Of a stretch of DNA of 40,195 nt, positions 1 to 14,655 are shown piece by piece. The notes under the pieces are model-generated. The model saw nothing but the letters and a program-made list of their open reading frames with translations. It made no database searches and was not told the origin of the DNA. Origin of the DNA: Octopus bimaculoides (Eukaryota); assembly GCF_001194135.2 (NCBI RefSeq), contig NC_068989.1, forward strand, positions 66,102,718 to 66,142,912, written 5' to 3'. The position numbers and the translations under genes are program-made. Numbering within the stretch: the stretch's first letter is position 1; every line of letters begins with the position of its first letter.

Positions 1-178
1 AAAAACTATAGGTGTACTCGGTTAGGACAGATGTTAGCGTCTTATACATTGTTGTTAAGCAGGTTATGGGGCGATAATTTTTTGGTTCGTTTGTTTCCTC
101 ATTTTTTGGAAGCAGGAATGTTAAACCATTAACTAGCCAAGAGGGCATCAAACTAGGATTTTGCAAAACATCGTTGTA
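1..178 (-). mobile_element. R4/Dong-like non-LTR retrotransposon, reverse transcriptase N-terminal fragment (runs off window start)
   Basis: Minus-strand translation LQNPSLMPSWLVNGLTFLLPKNEETNEPKNYRPITCLTTMYKTLTSVLTEYTYSF contains the PKxxxxxxxxNYRPITCL RT motif in the form typical of R4/Dong RLE-clade elements. Not in the ORF track. Confidence 0.85.
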
Positions 179-181
179 AAG

Positions 182-329
<148 letters not shown>

Positions 330-330
<1 letters not shown>

Positions 331-540
331 AGGCTGCGAGCTGGGAGTCTTTGGCACACCTAGAAATATGCTTAACAACATTTCATCCATGCTTACGTTC
401 TAACTCCAAATTTCGCCGAGTTGGAATTTACTTTTCATCGTTAAGGAGTCGATAAAATAAGTACCACCTGAATACTGAGGTTCGATGTAATCGACTTGCC
501 CCCTTCGAAATTGCTGGCCTTGTGCCAAAATTTGAAACCA
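330..540 (+). mobile_element. tRNA-derived SINE, type A (aaggc.gcgagctgg head)
   Basis: Degenerate Pol III A/B boxes, body cttttcatc..gtcgataaaataagtacc, tail gctggccttgtgccaaaatttgaaacc. Homologous copies at 3932-4148, 30616-30750 and 38400-38553. Confidence 0.85.
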
Positions 541-600
541 CTATTAATATTATTATTTTCTGATGCAGTACAGTGATATTAGTTTAAACACATTTAGTTC

Positions 601-739
601 ACTTCATGCGAGTTACAGTTTCATGGGCTTCTTGCAGAAACCCGTCTCTTTCAAGCTTAGATGACCGAATTTGGTAATCTAAGCCTGAAAGTGACAGGTT
701 TTTGTTAGAAGCTCACGAAACTTTTAAGTCCCATGAAGT
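601..739. repeat. Imperfect long inverted repeat (fold-back)
   Basis: 619-666 matches the reverse complement of 673-720 at 39/48 nt with a 6-nt loop; 601-618 versus 721-739 extends the stem. Confidence 0.9.
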
Positions 740-1249
740 TCAATCAGACTGATTTAAATAATAATACATCTAACTCCTGCTAAGTGTGTTGAGTGCCCTT
801 TTCTTTCGTTTGCCCATAATTAACAATTATAACGGTTTTAAAATAGTTAACTGCAGCTATAATGTTTCGCTAAGGAAGGCTCATCTGTTTGATAAGAGTC
901 CTTTGAAGTGAGAGTCTATTTTAAAGCATTAATATGTGACTTTATATCAGGCTTTACGTAATTTTTCCAGTGAATGTCTGCGGCATTCAATTACAAGGAA
1001 AATGTTATGAATAATGTGTATGTGTGTGTAGCTGTGATTGTATATGAGGTTTACGCATTCAAAAAGAGTGTGATAAAAAGACTATTGATTCCAGTAGGAA
1101 TGGGACCATTAATTGGTTGGTTACTACGAAATAGGAAAAAGTTCTAAGCAAATACACCAAAAGACTTTTGCCATATTTTTCTATGAAATTAAGGCTGAAA
1201 TGTCTTCTTCGTATTACTAATGTCTTCTCGTGTATTAGCTTTTAACTTA

Positions 1250-1610
<361 letters not shown>

Positions 1611-3199
1611 TTGTATGAGGAGAGTAGACACCTATGGCAAATAATTTTTCGATTGCTGCTCTTGTTTCTGTCATTAATGCTGTAGAAATGTTAGTCATTT
1701 TCTGTTAAGTAATACTTTTGTGTTGACACCTTACATTTTCCAAGTATGATATTTGTTTCTGTAGCATTTACACTTTGCTGAAACCATTTAATTCAACATG
1801 TTCTAAACCACTATCGGAAATTAGTTTTCAGTATCGAGTAGTGTTAGTTTTGAAAATGCTGGGGGAAGCGTATTTCTTTCAGGAAATATGATACGAAGCC
1901 AAATATTAATTTGTTTTCAAATTTTACCGTTACCTTTATAAATTTAATAGTTTATTTTTAACAACATAAAATTGTAATAAACTTTAAATAGTTCAAAGCG
2001 GCTGGCCTAAACGAATTTAAAAAGAAAAAGATTATTTGCACACAATGTTTAAAATTTGTTGTAGGTGGCAGCACTAAAACAGTTCAGTGCTCAGTATTTA
2101 ATATTTTTGTTGTTTAAGAATTGTTTGGAAACATGTGTAGCAATCCATATGTATATTTAATATTTCAAAAACTATTTCGGAAATTAGATTTATATTTTGA
2201 AAATACTGAAGCATGCAATTATATAAATATTGTTGCTGTAATAAGTACTTTTAACAGACGGAAGTTTGTTGGGGCAATCTTAATCTTCTATTAGTGTGCT
2301 GATCTTATGATGATTGAAAATCGTTACATACCCATCTCATTCAGTAACGATCTCTTTGAAGAATTATAACTAAAATATAAGTAGAAAAATTTATCTCATA
2401 GTTATATACTAATTTTAAAAGTGATATATTTGAATCAAAGCAATAGAAAAGTGATCTATTTGTTAATTATTCTTTTATAGCACAATGAAATTCGATCGAA
2501 ATTTTAACTTTCGTGTGTCTATTGGATTTATTCTTCAATGAATATATTGTGGTGCATTTCATTTCGAAAAGATTTTAACGAATTAGAAAAATTAAAGGTG
2601 TAACAGTCTCAGGCATTTTACAGTTTCTCTTTCTATATATTGCATTCGAAATATTGAATTTACATTTTATTTTAGATACTTTATATGTAACATTACAGAA
2701 GACAGTTCAATTAGAGTTAACTTCAAATTTGGATAGACAGCAAGGAAAATTGCAACGAGGTTATTATAAAATATTTATTTTATTCCGAAACCATCTTCGT
2801 GAATATGTTCCACCGAGGAGACAGATGTTAAATATATTATTATACTGGCTTATAATGCCCTACTCGAAATTTGTGTAAAATATTCTTCTTACTAGAGTTG
2901 TTGTAACGCCCCGATAAACCTAATCCTTAAGTTCGATTCCTGATCGAAGCACATCACTTTAATTTTTTTAATTACCTGATATTCTTTGCTGCGTTCTATA
3001 GCCTGGCCTGAAATGATCTTTACGAAAAGGAGCAGCTCTCGATTTTTATTAATGACGTCAGCGCTGTCACTAGTGACCTAATGACCTATTAAATATGACG
3101 GGACTCTTTTTCATTCCATTACACTTTCTAACCTCTCAAAATGAAATCAAATCAAATTATCAATAATTTCCTTAATGGATACGCTGATTGGTTTTCCAG

Positions 3200-3240
3200 A
3201 ATGAGCAGGATAACAAACCGGAAATTCAGATGTATATGAA
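3200..3240 (+). CDS. Candidate 41-nt coding exon (NEQDNKPEIQMYM), unverified
   Basis: ggttttccAG acceptor, AA|gtatgt donor, one open frame; no recognisable homology. Confidence 0.2.
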
Positions 3241-3714
3241 GTATGTAAACATACAAGGAAGTAAATATTAGCTCAGATATTCCATATAAATAATTGTAAA
3301 ATAATATGTCAAACAAGAATTGGTATTGCTTTCAAATTAATGATTAAAAGGTCATCCAGAGAGTTTAAAATAAATATAAATATTAAATTAACCGAGAAAA
3401 TGTAAATTTATCGTTCATGAAGAATGATTGTACGCTCAGCTCTTAGATGAAAACAGAGATTAAGTCTATGTAAAGCAATATATGAATGCAAAGCCATGTG
3501 CAAAGCCATGTTCTACAAGAGCATGAAGTGCATGGAAATAGACAATATATAGCGTATTTAATTATTGGTAGTTAATGGTGTATCAATGACAAAGTCAACG
3601 ATATGCTTCGTAGTTACATGGTTCGGAATATTTTGACATCACATAAATGTAACTGAGAAGAGATTTGATGAAGGTAGAATAACATTTACACACGAGAACG
3701 CGTACATATTTTCA

Positions 3715-3743
3715 TACATATATATACGTACATATATATACGT

Positions 3744-3813
<70 letters not shown>

Positions 3814-3881
3814 ATATATTATATACATATATCTACACCACCTGTCTTTGTCTTTTGTTTTTTTTTTGTGAATTCTCACCC

Positions 3882-3928
<47 letters not shown>
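3715..3928. repeat. (TA)n/(CA)n/(TG)n arrays enclosing a recurrent motif (3836-3883)
   Basis: acaccacctgtctttgtcttttgttt..aattctcac at 3836-3883 recurs as acacacccgtcttcgtcttttgttttt..aattctcac near 4790-4828, each followed by (TA)n. Confidence 0.8.
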
Positions 3929-3929
<1 letters not shown>

Positions 3930-3931
3930 AG

Positions 3932-4148
3932 TTTAAGATTTTGAGCAAACTCAGCTAGTTCGGAGGATATGATACGGTAAGTCAATTACATCGACCCCAG
4001 TGTTCTTATGGTACTTACCTTATCGACCCTAGAAGAATGAAAGGGAAAGTGGATCTCGGCAGAATTTGTACCCACAAAAATAAACACGGATAAGCTGTCA
4101 CTCAGCATTATATTTAGCATGCTAAAGAGTTTGCCGGTTCGCCCCCTT
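3932..4148 (-). mobile_element. tRNA-derived SINE, type A
   Basis: Reverse complement aligns with 330-540 (acatcgacccc..ggtactta..ttatcgacc..atgaaag..ctcggcagaatttg). Confidence 0.8.
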
Positions 4149-4149
4149 C

Positions 4150-4370
<221 letters not shown>

Positions 4371-4744
4371 GTATACACTTATGGGTATATATAGACACAT
4401 GGAGGCATGTATGTCTGTATATACTTGAGGATCTGTAAATTCGAATTTCTTTTTACATATTCTCCTCTCAGATTTTGAAACAATTATTGCTGCAGTCTTT
4501 CAGCTTTTCTAATGGATGTAGAAGAACTCGGAAAGTTGAGCCTTCAGTCAGGCCTCTCGCGACTTCCTTGAAGCCAGGAACGTTTCAGCGTCCTATCGTG
4601 TTTATATAAAGCACTCCCCATTAAATCAATGGTGGCCCTGTTAACCATCAAATGGAGGGTATTTATCCATCAATACAACGTTGATCACTCATCCTCACTG
4701 TTCGATATCAGCATCTATCTATCTATATTCGAAGCATAAAATCT

Positions 4745-4830
4745 TGCTCACCTCCCGAGTGTTAAACTAATACATCTGTTTGTTGTTTACACACCCGTCT
4801 TCGTCTTTTGTTTTTATAAATTCTCACTAT
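4745..4830 (+). repeat. Dispersed repeat end (cccgagtgttaaactaatacatc..aattctcac) preceding (TA)n, possibly a Penelope-like terminal segment
   Basis: Partial second copy at 3836-3883. Family assignment is from recollection only. Confidence 0.35.
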
Positions 4831-4831
4831 A

Positions 4832-4862
<31 letters not shown>

Positions 4863-5269
4863 NNNNNNNNNNNNNNNNNNNNNNNNNNNNNNNNNNNNNN
4901 NNNNNNNNNNNNNNNNNNNNNNNNNNNNNNNNNNNNNNNNNNNNNNNNNNNNNNNNNNNNNNNNNNNNNNNNNNNNNNNNNNNNNNNNNNNNNNNNNNNN
5001 NNNNNNNNNNNNNNNNNNNNNNNNNNNNNNNNNNNNNNNNNNNNNNNNNNNNNNNNNNNNNNNNNNNNNNNNNNNNNNNNNNNNNNNNNNNNNNNNNNNN
5101 NNNNNNNNNNNNNNNNNNNNNNNNNNNNNNNNNNNNNNNNNNNNNNNNNNNNNNNNNNNNNNNNNNNNNNNNNNNNNNNNNNNNNNNNNNNNNNNNNNNN
5201 NNNNNNNNNNNNNNNNNNNNNNNNNNNNNNNNNATATATATATATATATACATACATATATGTCATTTC

Positions 5270-5493
5270 TTTCTTTTACTAGTTTCAGTCATTAGACGGC
5301 AGCCATAGTGCGTGTCACCCTCTTCAAGATGTACTCTTAGTCGAATGAATCGAACCCAGTACTTACTTTTTTAAGCCTGGTACTTATTGTATCGGTCGCT
5401 TTTGCCGAACCCGTAAGATACGGGGATGTAAAATCACAAACACCTGTTGTAAATCTGTGGTGGATTACAAACAGACAAAAAAGTACAGAACGG

Positions 5494-5495
<2 letters not shown>
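5270..5495 (-). mobile_element. CORE-type SINE, type B, 3' half
   Basis: ttttactagtttcagtcattagac..tagtcgaatgaatcgaaccc..aagcctggtacttatt..gccgaacc matches 25018-25446. Confidence 0.85.
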
Positions 5496-5538
<43 letters not shown>

Positions 5539-5798
5539 TTATGTATGTATGTATGCATGTATGTATGTATGTATGTGTACATTGAACTATAGCTACTAAT
5601 GTGAGGTATTTGGAGCGTTCGGACAACTGCCTCTGTTGATCCCAAGGCAATAATATTATTTATCTAGCATTTATTATTTGTATTTTTCGTACATTAGCAG
5701 GCTCATACTGGATCCAGTTTAATAACTGAGTTTTTGCTCAATCAAAACACAAAATAAATCCCTATTATTATGTACAGTGTTTATAAATACATATACAT

Positions 5799-5830
<32 letters not shown>

Positions 5831-6828
5831 NNNNNNNNNNNNNNNNNNNNNNNNNNNNNNNNNNNNNNNNNNNNNNNNNNNNNNNNNNNNNNNNNNNNNN
5901 NNNNNNNNNNNNNNNNNNNNNNNNNNNNNNNNNNNNNNNNNNNNNNNNNNNNNNNNNNNNNNNNNNNNNNNNNNNNNNNNNNNNNNNNNNNNNNNNNNNN
6001 NNNNNNNNNNNNNNNNNNNNNNNNNNNNNNNNNNNNNNNNNNNNNNNNNNNNNNNNNNNNNNNNNNNNNNNNNNNNNNNNNNNNNNNNNNNNNNNNNNNN
6101 NNNNNNNNNNNNNNNNNNNNNNNNNNNNNNNNNNNNNNNNNNNNNNNNNNNNNNNNNNNNNNNNNNNNNNNNNNNNNNNNNNNNNNNNNNNNNNNNNNNN
6201 NNNNNNNNNNNNNNNNNNNNNNNNNNNNNNNNNNNNNNNNNNNNNNNNNNNNNNNNNNNNNNNNNNNNNNNNNNNNNNNNNNNNNNNNNNNNNNNNNNNN
6301 NNNNNNNNNNNNNNNNNNNNNNNNNNNNNNNNNNNNNNNNNNNNNNNNNNNNNNNNNNNNNNNNNNNNNNNNNNNNNNNNNNNNNNNNNNNNNNNNNNNN
6401 NNNNNNNNNNNNNNNNNNNNNNNNNNNNNNNNNNNNNNNNNNNNNNNNNNNNNNNNNNNNNNNNNNNNNNNNNNNNNNNNNNNNNNNNNNNNNNNNNNNN
6501 NNNNNNNNNNNNNNNNNNNNNNNNNNNNNNNNNNNNNNNNNNNNNNNNNNNNNNNNNNNNNNNNNNNNNNNNNNNNNNNNNNNNNNNNNNNNNNNNNNNN
6601 NNNNNNNNNNNNNNNNNNNNNNNNNNNNNNNNNNNNNNNNNNNNNNNNNNNNNNNNNNNNNNNNNNNNNNNNNNNNNNNNNNNNNNNNNNNNNNNNNNNN
6701 NNNNNNNNNNNNNNNNNNNNNNNNNNNNNNNNNNNNNNNNNNNNNNNNNNNNNNNNNNNNNNNNNNNNNNNNNNNNNNNNNNNNNNNNNNNNNNNNNNNN
6801 NNNNNNNNNNNNNNNNNNNATATATATT

Positions 6829-6861
<33 letters not shown>

Positions 6862-6862
6862 G

Positions 6863-6907
<45 letters not shown>

Positions 6908-9308
6908 GTATATATGTATATAACTATACGTGTTTATCTGCACGTGTGCGTCAAGGTATATGTAGCTGTCAAACAGATGATGTTATTTAATGTTCAAACC
7001 ATTCGTTACCAAAGACACCGTTTAAAGATTATGTAGGTAATCCCGATACCTCCATAAACATACTCTCGATAACAGAAGCGAAACCTTTCCAAATCCTATA
7101 TTGGAAACCCCTTGTATGATAAAGTCTGAAACTCTACGAAATATGAAGAATATGATGCCAATCTGCATATGTGCAAATTCACTTGTGTGTGCACGTGAAG
7201 GTATTTATTTATCCATACACATAGAGGCACACATGCAAACAACACGCACACGTGTTTGCGCGCATTTGTGTGTGCATGTGTGTTTTTGTGTATGTGCGTG
7301 CACTAAAAAGGTTCTCAATACATATAGTATTGTATTTGTCTGTTCAAAACTAATATTTTAGCATACTTACTCAAATCAGCGTTTAGCACGTGGCGAGGTT
7401 ACTCTAAGTATCTACAAGGTGAATAATCAAACTGTATATTCTCGGGTGTATAAACATATGTGTGTTTATGTGTGTGTGCATATATGCAAATGAGATCGAT
7501 GGGTAGATGCATAGCTACATGGATGAATATATAGATGAATGTATATTTGAGAAGTGTACCACACAGTTGTTTCTGTTCAAGAACTGGATCCATTAATAAA
7601 AATAAATGCATAGAATAATCATGTAAATATATTTTTAAGAATAATATTTTATATGTTAGTAGTAAGTTTTTCAACATCTCAATATAAAAACTCTAACCTG
7701 TTTCTGCATTTGTTTATGTTTCTCTAACAAGCAATTAGAGTTGATACCCTAACATTGAGCCACTTCTCTGTCCAACCCACCTTTACAATGTTTGTTATGA
7801 TCATAGAATATATAGCTCCACAAAATCTTACATTTTTACAAATATTGTTAATGACAACAGCTCTATTCCACGCTTATAATTCAGCCATGACGCTCTGTTT
7901 AATGAAAAACATCTCATGAAACAAACACAAAAAGTGTAGTCTTCCATAGACAGAACTCATAAGAAATTAATAAATATCAGTTAAATTTCAGATAAATATC
8001 AACTATATATCAATTAAAATTCTTCTAACGATCATTAAGCACGTAGACCGTGTAGAAAGATCTCTTAAACCGGTACTGTGAGACAATTTCGATTCTCATT
8101 GAAATAATTTCCATTCATATTTGACACACCTAGTGCATTTTGGTACAAAATCTTGCACATTTTGACATTTCATTCCAACTTTCACCTTTTCTTAAAGATA
8201 CAGGACGTCGTGATAATTCAAACGAAACAAATTTTATGTAGTGAGTACCGATAAAAGGTAAAATCAATTTCTTCGTTTTAATTTCTAGTATTTTGATACT
8301 TAAGATAACGTTATTTTATGAGTAAATCACTAAATCTATTTACATCACAACAAATATCCAAACCAATACACAGTAGTGTTGGCTATCTATACTACATAAC
8401 TTATATCTTCAATTGCCGGTCGATCGCAGATCCTACCTGTTGATAGAGAAACCAAAAGATATTATATCGGAGACAACACTCTAACAGGTGAAGAAATGAT
8501 AATACTTCCTGTTAAATATCATATTTCTGCTACGTGTCATACAGATCCAACGAGACGATCTTTACACGATAATGGATCTCCCAGAAATAGCAGTTAAATG
8601 CTCGACAAGTCCTATTTTAACGTGTAATAAGAATAAAATGAATGCTGGAACGGCTCTGATCGAACTGAATGTAAGATCAGGTTTTGACATATGTCTAAAC
8701 AGTTAAAAAACAATATCAACAAGTAAAAACCTCACCAATCACTCCGCTTAGCAAGAAACCCTAGATAAAGCCGGAAGTTTCTTCCTGTTTGTTTTTTTTT
8801 TTTAGTACTTTAAAACAATCTTCAATTATTTTCCTTATTTTGCAGTCATTAAATTCTTATTTATGAAATTGTATATTGATTTAGATAATTCTTACTATAA
8901 TAGGATAAATCAACTTTATTAAAATCATCGTTATTAAACCAAACTGTAAGCAGTAGTTTTCTGAATGCAGAAAGAACAGCTACTTAACAATACATTTCAA
9001 CTGATTCACGAAGAACACGGTTTCGAATCCCGGCCAGTACATGATAATCATTCTTATAACATGAAGTCTCTTTTACAACAATGAAAAATGTAAACCATCA
9101 CTACTGGATGATTCATAAATATAGAGATACGTACATAAACGCACACATTGTAATATATATATATATATACACACACACGTATATACATGTTAATATGTGC
9201 GTGTGCGTGTGTGCGTGTGTGCTGTATGTATATGTATATGTATATATACATATGTGTATATATATATATATGTATGTATATCTATGTATGTATACATGTA
9301 TGTTTGTG

Positions 9309-9355
<47 letters not shown>

Positions 9356-9570
9356 GTGTGTGAGTGTGTACATGTATGTGTGTGCGTGCACCGTCAAATA
9401 TATGCAACGAAATACATACATGTTGACTGAAGCACACATTCTTTCACTGTATCATTGATATTTATGTACAATAATCAGATATATGTGCACCTTCTGTAGT
9501 GGAACACACACACAATTATACATTTATACAAATATGCATATATACGAATACATGTATATATATATATATA

Positions 9571-9632
<62 letters not shown>

Positions 9633-10344
9633 CATATATACGTGGATATATGGGTATTTATATACATATATATAATATATATGTATATATATATATGTGT
9701 GTATATATAGAGATAGAGAGGGTGAGAGAAAGAGAGAGAGACAGAAAACGTATATACACCGAGCGATATTTTACAACTAATAGTTTACTCGTATATAGCG
9801 CTTACTGTTATTTATATACAGGTGTGAGCAATGTTTAAGGTGTTTGTGTATATATGTAACATTATATATTCAAACATCTATAGAGAGATACTGATGCATG
9901 CAAAACATACACGCACACACACAAACACTTCCACTTGAGTGTGTGCCTGTGTGTTGGAGCGTGTATATGTATATGTGTCTGTGTGTGTGTTCGTGTGTGT
10001 GTTTGTGTGTGTTTAACCGTCTATTGAGGTACGATGACGTGAGATTAATAGAAGTCGACATTTGATCACAAAACGGTGATTGTTCAATATTCAATTCAAA
10101 CTTTCTTGGAGTAATATTTCTTAGTTAAATATGAGTGCACAATATTTATACCTTACTACAGCAATATTACACATATTTAAACATGCAACTTGGATGATAG
10201 ATCACAAAAGGAAATTCGCGTGGAAATCAGTGATTATGGTCAAAAAACTTAAACAGAAAACATCTGTCGTCTTGAGTAAGTTTTATTCAGTTCAGAAATC
10301 TATAGATACATGGATGTGTGTGTGCCCGTGTGTACACATATATA

Positions 10345-10394
<50 letters not shown>

Positions 10395-10642
10395 TTATGT
10401 ATATATATATACACACATACATACATACGCATACACATATAAAACATGCATTAATATTACTTCATATACATATATATCTGCGTGCATTTGTGTGAATTTA
10501 TATATATATACATATACATATATACATATATAAACATGCACTTAAACACACATGCACTCANNNNNNNNNNNNNNNNNNNNNNNNNNNNNNNNNNNNNNNN
10601 NNNNNNNNNNNNNNNNNNNNNNNNNNNNNNNNNNNNNNNNNN

Positions 10643-10684
<42 letters not shown>

Positions 10685-11536
10685 CGCATATACATGGACA
10701 TATAGTCAACTGATGTTACCTACAATTACCGATACTTCAAAGTACCGATAATAGTTGGACTTACTAATACACCAATAATATCAGTACTTTCAAATACTAA
10801 GAGAACTGTGTGTAATAATACGATAATAGAACAGAGATGATTCGTTATAGAAACCTGTTGCTGCGTCATAGTTAAGAAACCTTCAATTAAGAAATAATAA
10901 GATGAAGGAAGTCTTACCTTAAAAATGTTGTTATTGAAAACTGAGTGCAAGTTCGGCAATATAATCACATTGGAATTAAGATTTCACGCATAAAGTTATC
11001 AGAGAGAAGAACTAAGCTTTTACAATACAGTTTAGCAAAATATTATAAACATACCTATATATATATATAAGTATATATATGTATATACATTTGAAGCATA
11101 AGTTGTTGGGTTTTTTTTTTTTTTCGCTGTTATATATTATATATCGTTTTATATGTTTATATAATAAATATGAATCATTTCTTTATTTATAAAACATTTA
11201 CACGAATGCTGAAATTAAACGATTTTGACAGACTTTGAGACAAATATATACCTTAAGACATTAGTAGTGGTTGTTATTGTTGTTAGAGTTGATTATTGTG
11301 GTGGTAATTGTAGGTAGCAATTGGTAGTGGACGTGGGGCAACATTTAACACGAATTTTACAAAACAAATATTCTTTTTAGCTTTTTTCTTTTCTTGTGTT
11401 AGAGAAAACAAATTAAATTAATATATTTTCAATATTATCTACATGTAAATAATATTCGTCTATTTTTTTTTTTCTTTAATGTATATTATAGAATAAGTCG
11501 TTTCTACGAAGTTTTGTTGTAATCCAAATATCCTAG

Positions 11537-11627
11537 AGCGGACTCAACGAAGACTAAGATCGTAAAGGCAGCGTATGCAGATCGTTCAAAGAAGTGTTAT
11601 CAGCAGGCAGCAGCTAGCGCTGTTGCA
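11537..11627 (+). CDS. Candidate 91-nt coding exon (ADSTKTKIVKAAYADRSKKCYQQAAASAVA), unverified
   Basis: atcctAG acceptor (weak tract), GCA|gtgagt consensus donor, one open frame, GC-richer than flanks. Confidence 0.2.
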
Positions 11628-11995
11628 GTGAGTTATGTATGCTAGCACTACAGTAGCAGTAGTAAAAGTTCCACTTGATGTATAGATGTCAGTCTAAGTC
11701 AGAACAGCGTAGTAGAAGAGGAGGGAGCAAAATAAATTAATGACTAAAAGAAAAAATTTTTCGTATACAAGAAATGCAATGAAAAAAAAATTACTGAGGA
11801 GGCAGAAAAACAAAAGTAAACAAATATATGCTTTAAATATGTCCATCAAGTAAATAGGATATTTATTACACGGCGGGAAAAGAATGACACAAATATTTTG
11901 TTTTGGTTTTGAGAAGGAGGAAGAGAGAACAAAGTATTAAGATCCAATAAAACAATTTGTTTTATATGAAATATTTTGCCAAAAACAAGGGAGAA

Positions 11996-12038
<43 letters not shown>

Positions 12039-12373
12039 TAATAATAATAATAATACTCTAACAAAACAATTTCTCACTGTGGGCGATAGTTAAGTTTATA
12101 TGTCTAAGTATGTTCAAATAATAAATCTCCATTGACATTTTATTAACATGAGGAGAGATTAAGAAATACAAAAGAGAAACGAGAGGGGGGAAAAATTGCA
12201 CACACACATACATGAATATGCACATTCACACAAACAAACACACAGACACATAAACATACACACACACACACACACACATACACACATACAGGCGTATATT
12301 TCAAACACTAACAACTGATTGCAATATGAACAATTGTATCAACATAACTGATACTGGTTTAGCTTGACTTCAG

Positions 12374-12439
12374 TATCCTAGCAACGAAAAGACCAATGAG
12401 GCATGGATCTCTCATGAATACAGAACTGAGAGACCTCAG
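12374..12439 (+). CDS. Candidate 66-nt exon (YPSNEKTNEAWISHEYRTERPQ or ILATKRPMRHGSLMNTELRDL), unverified
   Basis: gacttcAG acceptor, CAG|gtaatt donor, length divisible by 3, two open frames. Confidence 0.25.
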
Positions 12440-12531
12440 GTAATTTCCTTGACCCTTGACATTCACAACACAGAAGCTATTGAAATTCAGGGAGGAAATT
12501 CGTTCATCTTGATCGTACATACATGCATACC

Positions 12532-12571
<40 letters not shown>

Positions 12572-12843
12572 NNNNNNNNNNNNNNNNNNNNNNNNNNNNN
12601 NNNNNNNNNNNNNNNNNNNNNNNNNNNNNNNNNNNNNNNNNNNNNNNNNNNNNNNNNNNNNNNNNNNNNNNNNNNNNNNNNNNNNNNNNNNNNNNNNNNN
12701 NNNNNNNNNNNNNNNNNNNNNNNNNNNNNNNNNNNNNNNNNNNNNNNNNNNNNNNNNNNNNNNNNNNNNNNNNNNNNNNNNNNNNNNNNNNNNNNNNNNN
12801 NNNNNNNNNNNNNNNNNNNNNNNTATATATATATATATATATT

Positions 12844-12883
<40 letters not shown>

Positions 12884-12916
12884 CACATATACATAAGTGT
12901 ATAAATAAATATATGT

Positions 12917-12963
<47 letters not shown>

Positions 12964-13149
12964 TTGCATGCGTATTATGCAAATACACACACATATATAT
13001 ACATATATACACATATATGCACTTACATTTATATAATATACGGACGTATGCATGGATGTATATGTGCGTGTATGTGTGTGTGTGCATGCGTGTTTGTATA
13101 TGCGGGCACGTGCTCATACACACACACGCAGACATGCGCAGGCACGCAC

Positions 13150-13187
<38 letters not shown>

Positions 13188-13428
13188 CTACGCTCACTCA
13201 TACAAAGACACACGAAGCACCATCTACTTAATACAATAAACAAATATTTAGCTATTGCAGAAGGTAAATATTTGTTTGGATTCAGAGCAAGTAACTATTT
13301 CCAGTCTTACTGCCATTCAACATTGGCGCACACATAGACAAACAACACACACACACATAACACGCACACACACTCGCACAAACACACACACAAAAAAACA
13401 TACTCATACACACACACGCACACATAAA

Positions 13429-13527
13429 AATTACTCGATACTTCATTGCATGGACTGCGACAAGGCTAGCGTACTGCCGGTAAGACATACGTAAATACAT
13501 ACATGCATATATGTATGTCCATAACTT
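13429..13527 (+). repeat. 99-bp segment duplicated at 16824-16922 (97/99 identical)
   Basis: Direct alignment shows two A/G differences. Confidence 0.95.
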
Positions 13528-13725
13528 TTACTTCTTTCGGTCATTGGACTGCGGCACCACCCTGAAGAGTTTAGTCCAACAATTCGAATTCAATACTTAT
13601 TTAAGTCTAGTACATATTCAATCGGTATCTTATGACGAACAGTTAAGTTATGAGGGCGTATAAAAAGCACAATGCCAGTTGCACTATGTGGGTGGGATAC
13701 AAAATCTAACCGAAGATACACAGAA
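13528..13725 (-). mobile_element. Type B SINE, old 3' half
   Basis: ttacttctttcggtcattggactgcggc..gaagagtttagtc..aagtctagtac..taagttatgag. Confidence 0.7.
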
Positions 13726-14100
13726 ACCACATAGGTATATGTACATGTATATGTGTGTGTATGTGTGTCTGTGTGCGTATGTCTGTGCGTGCGTGTGTGC
13801 TATTTTCAGACATTGTTCTGCTTCCATGGCGAAGACATGATTCAATGATTAAGGCTCACATATTGGCCCCTACCGTACTGATATGAGTGGACCTTGGTGG
13901 AATTGCTAAGTAACGGCTGTTGATCCGACAACGTTAAGAGTTTTTGAAGCGACACATCTCTCACATAAACATAGACACTAACACATACATACAGGCATTT
14001 CATAAACACACACGCATACACAGAGACAAGTATGCATATGTACATGCATATATGTATATAATTATGCATATGTGTTTATATATGTATATGTATACATATA

Positions 14101-14466
14101 GGCGCAATGGCCCAGTGGTTAGGGCACCGGACTCGCGGTCATAGGATCACGGTTTCATTTCCCAGCCCGAGCGTTGTGAATGTTCATTGAGCGAGAACAC
14201 CTAAAAAGCTTCACGAGGCTCTGGCAGGGGATGGTGGCGAACCCTGCTGTACTCTTTCACCACAACTTTCTCTCACTCTTGCTTCCTGTTTCAGTTGTGT
14301 CTGTAATTCAAAGGGTCAGCCTTGTCACTCTGTGTCACGCTGAATATCCCCGAGAACTACGTTAAGGGCGCACGTGTCTGTGGAGTGCATGTTAATTTCA
14401 CGAGCAGGCTGTTACGTTGATCGGATCAACTGGAACCCTCGACGTCGTAAGCGACGGAGTGCCAAC
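14101..14466 (+). mobile_element. tRNA-derived SINE, type C, full length
   Basis: Head ggcgcaatggcccagtggttaggg (A box) and ggtttcattcccag (B-box-like); tail gagaactacgttaaggg..gatcaactggaaccctcgacgtcgtaagcgacggagtgccaac. Second copy at 27879-28278. Confidence 0.9.
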
Positions 14467-14499
14467 ACACAACATGTATACATATATACATATACAAAT

Positions 14500-14655
14500 G
14501 TACGACGGGCTTGCTCACAATTTATACCTTCCACTGACAGTATTGGTCAGCCCTAAGCGATGATAACAAAATGAAATTTACCCAGTTAGCCTTGCGGAGG
14601 AATCAAAACCCAGTCGTTGTTGTGACGAAACATTTTTCATCACGTAACCATTACT
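14500..14655 (-). mobile_element. Highly decayed type B-like SINE head
   Basis: acgacgggctt..tattggtcagccc..ttacccag..aatcaaaaccc..gtaaccatt is collinear with the B head in reverse. Confidence 0.45.

Noticed and set aside
2699-2759. Exon candidate KTVQLELTSNLDRQQGKLQR
   Set aside because: Donor GAG|gttatt and the pyrimidine tract are both poor.
9020-9045. ggtttcgaatcccgg, a tRNA B-box/T-loop-like motif
   Set aside because: No cloverleaf or A box; at most a SINE scrap. No genuine tRNA gene was found in the window.
10765-10854. Minus-strand 90-nt exon candidate (VSITNHLCSIIVLLHTVLLVFESTDIIGVL) with a perfect gtaagt donor
   Set aside because: The acceptor lacks a pyrimidine tract, the upstream partner would need a 63-nt intron and has an in-frame stop, and it conflicts with other hints of + strand transcription.
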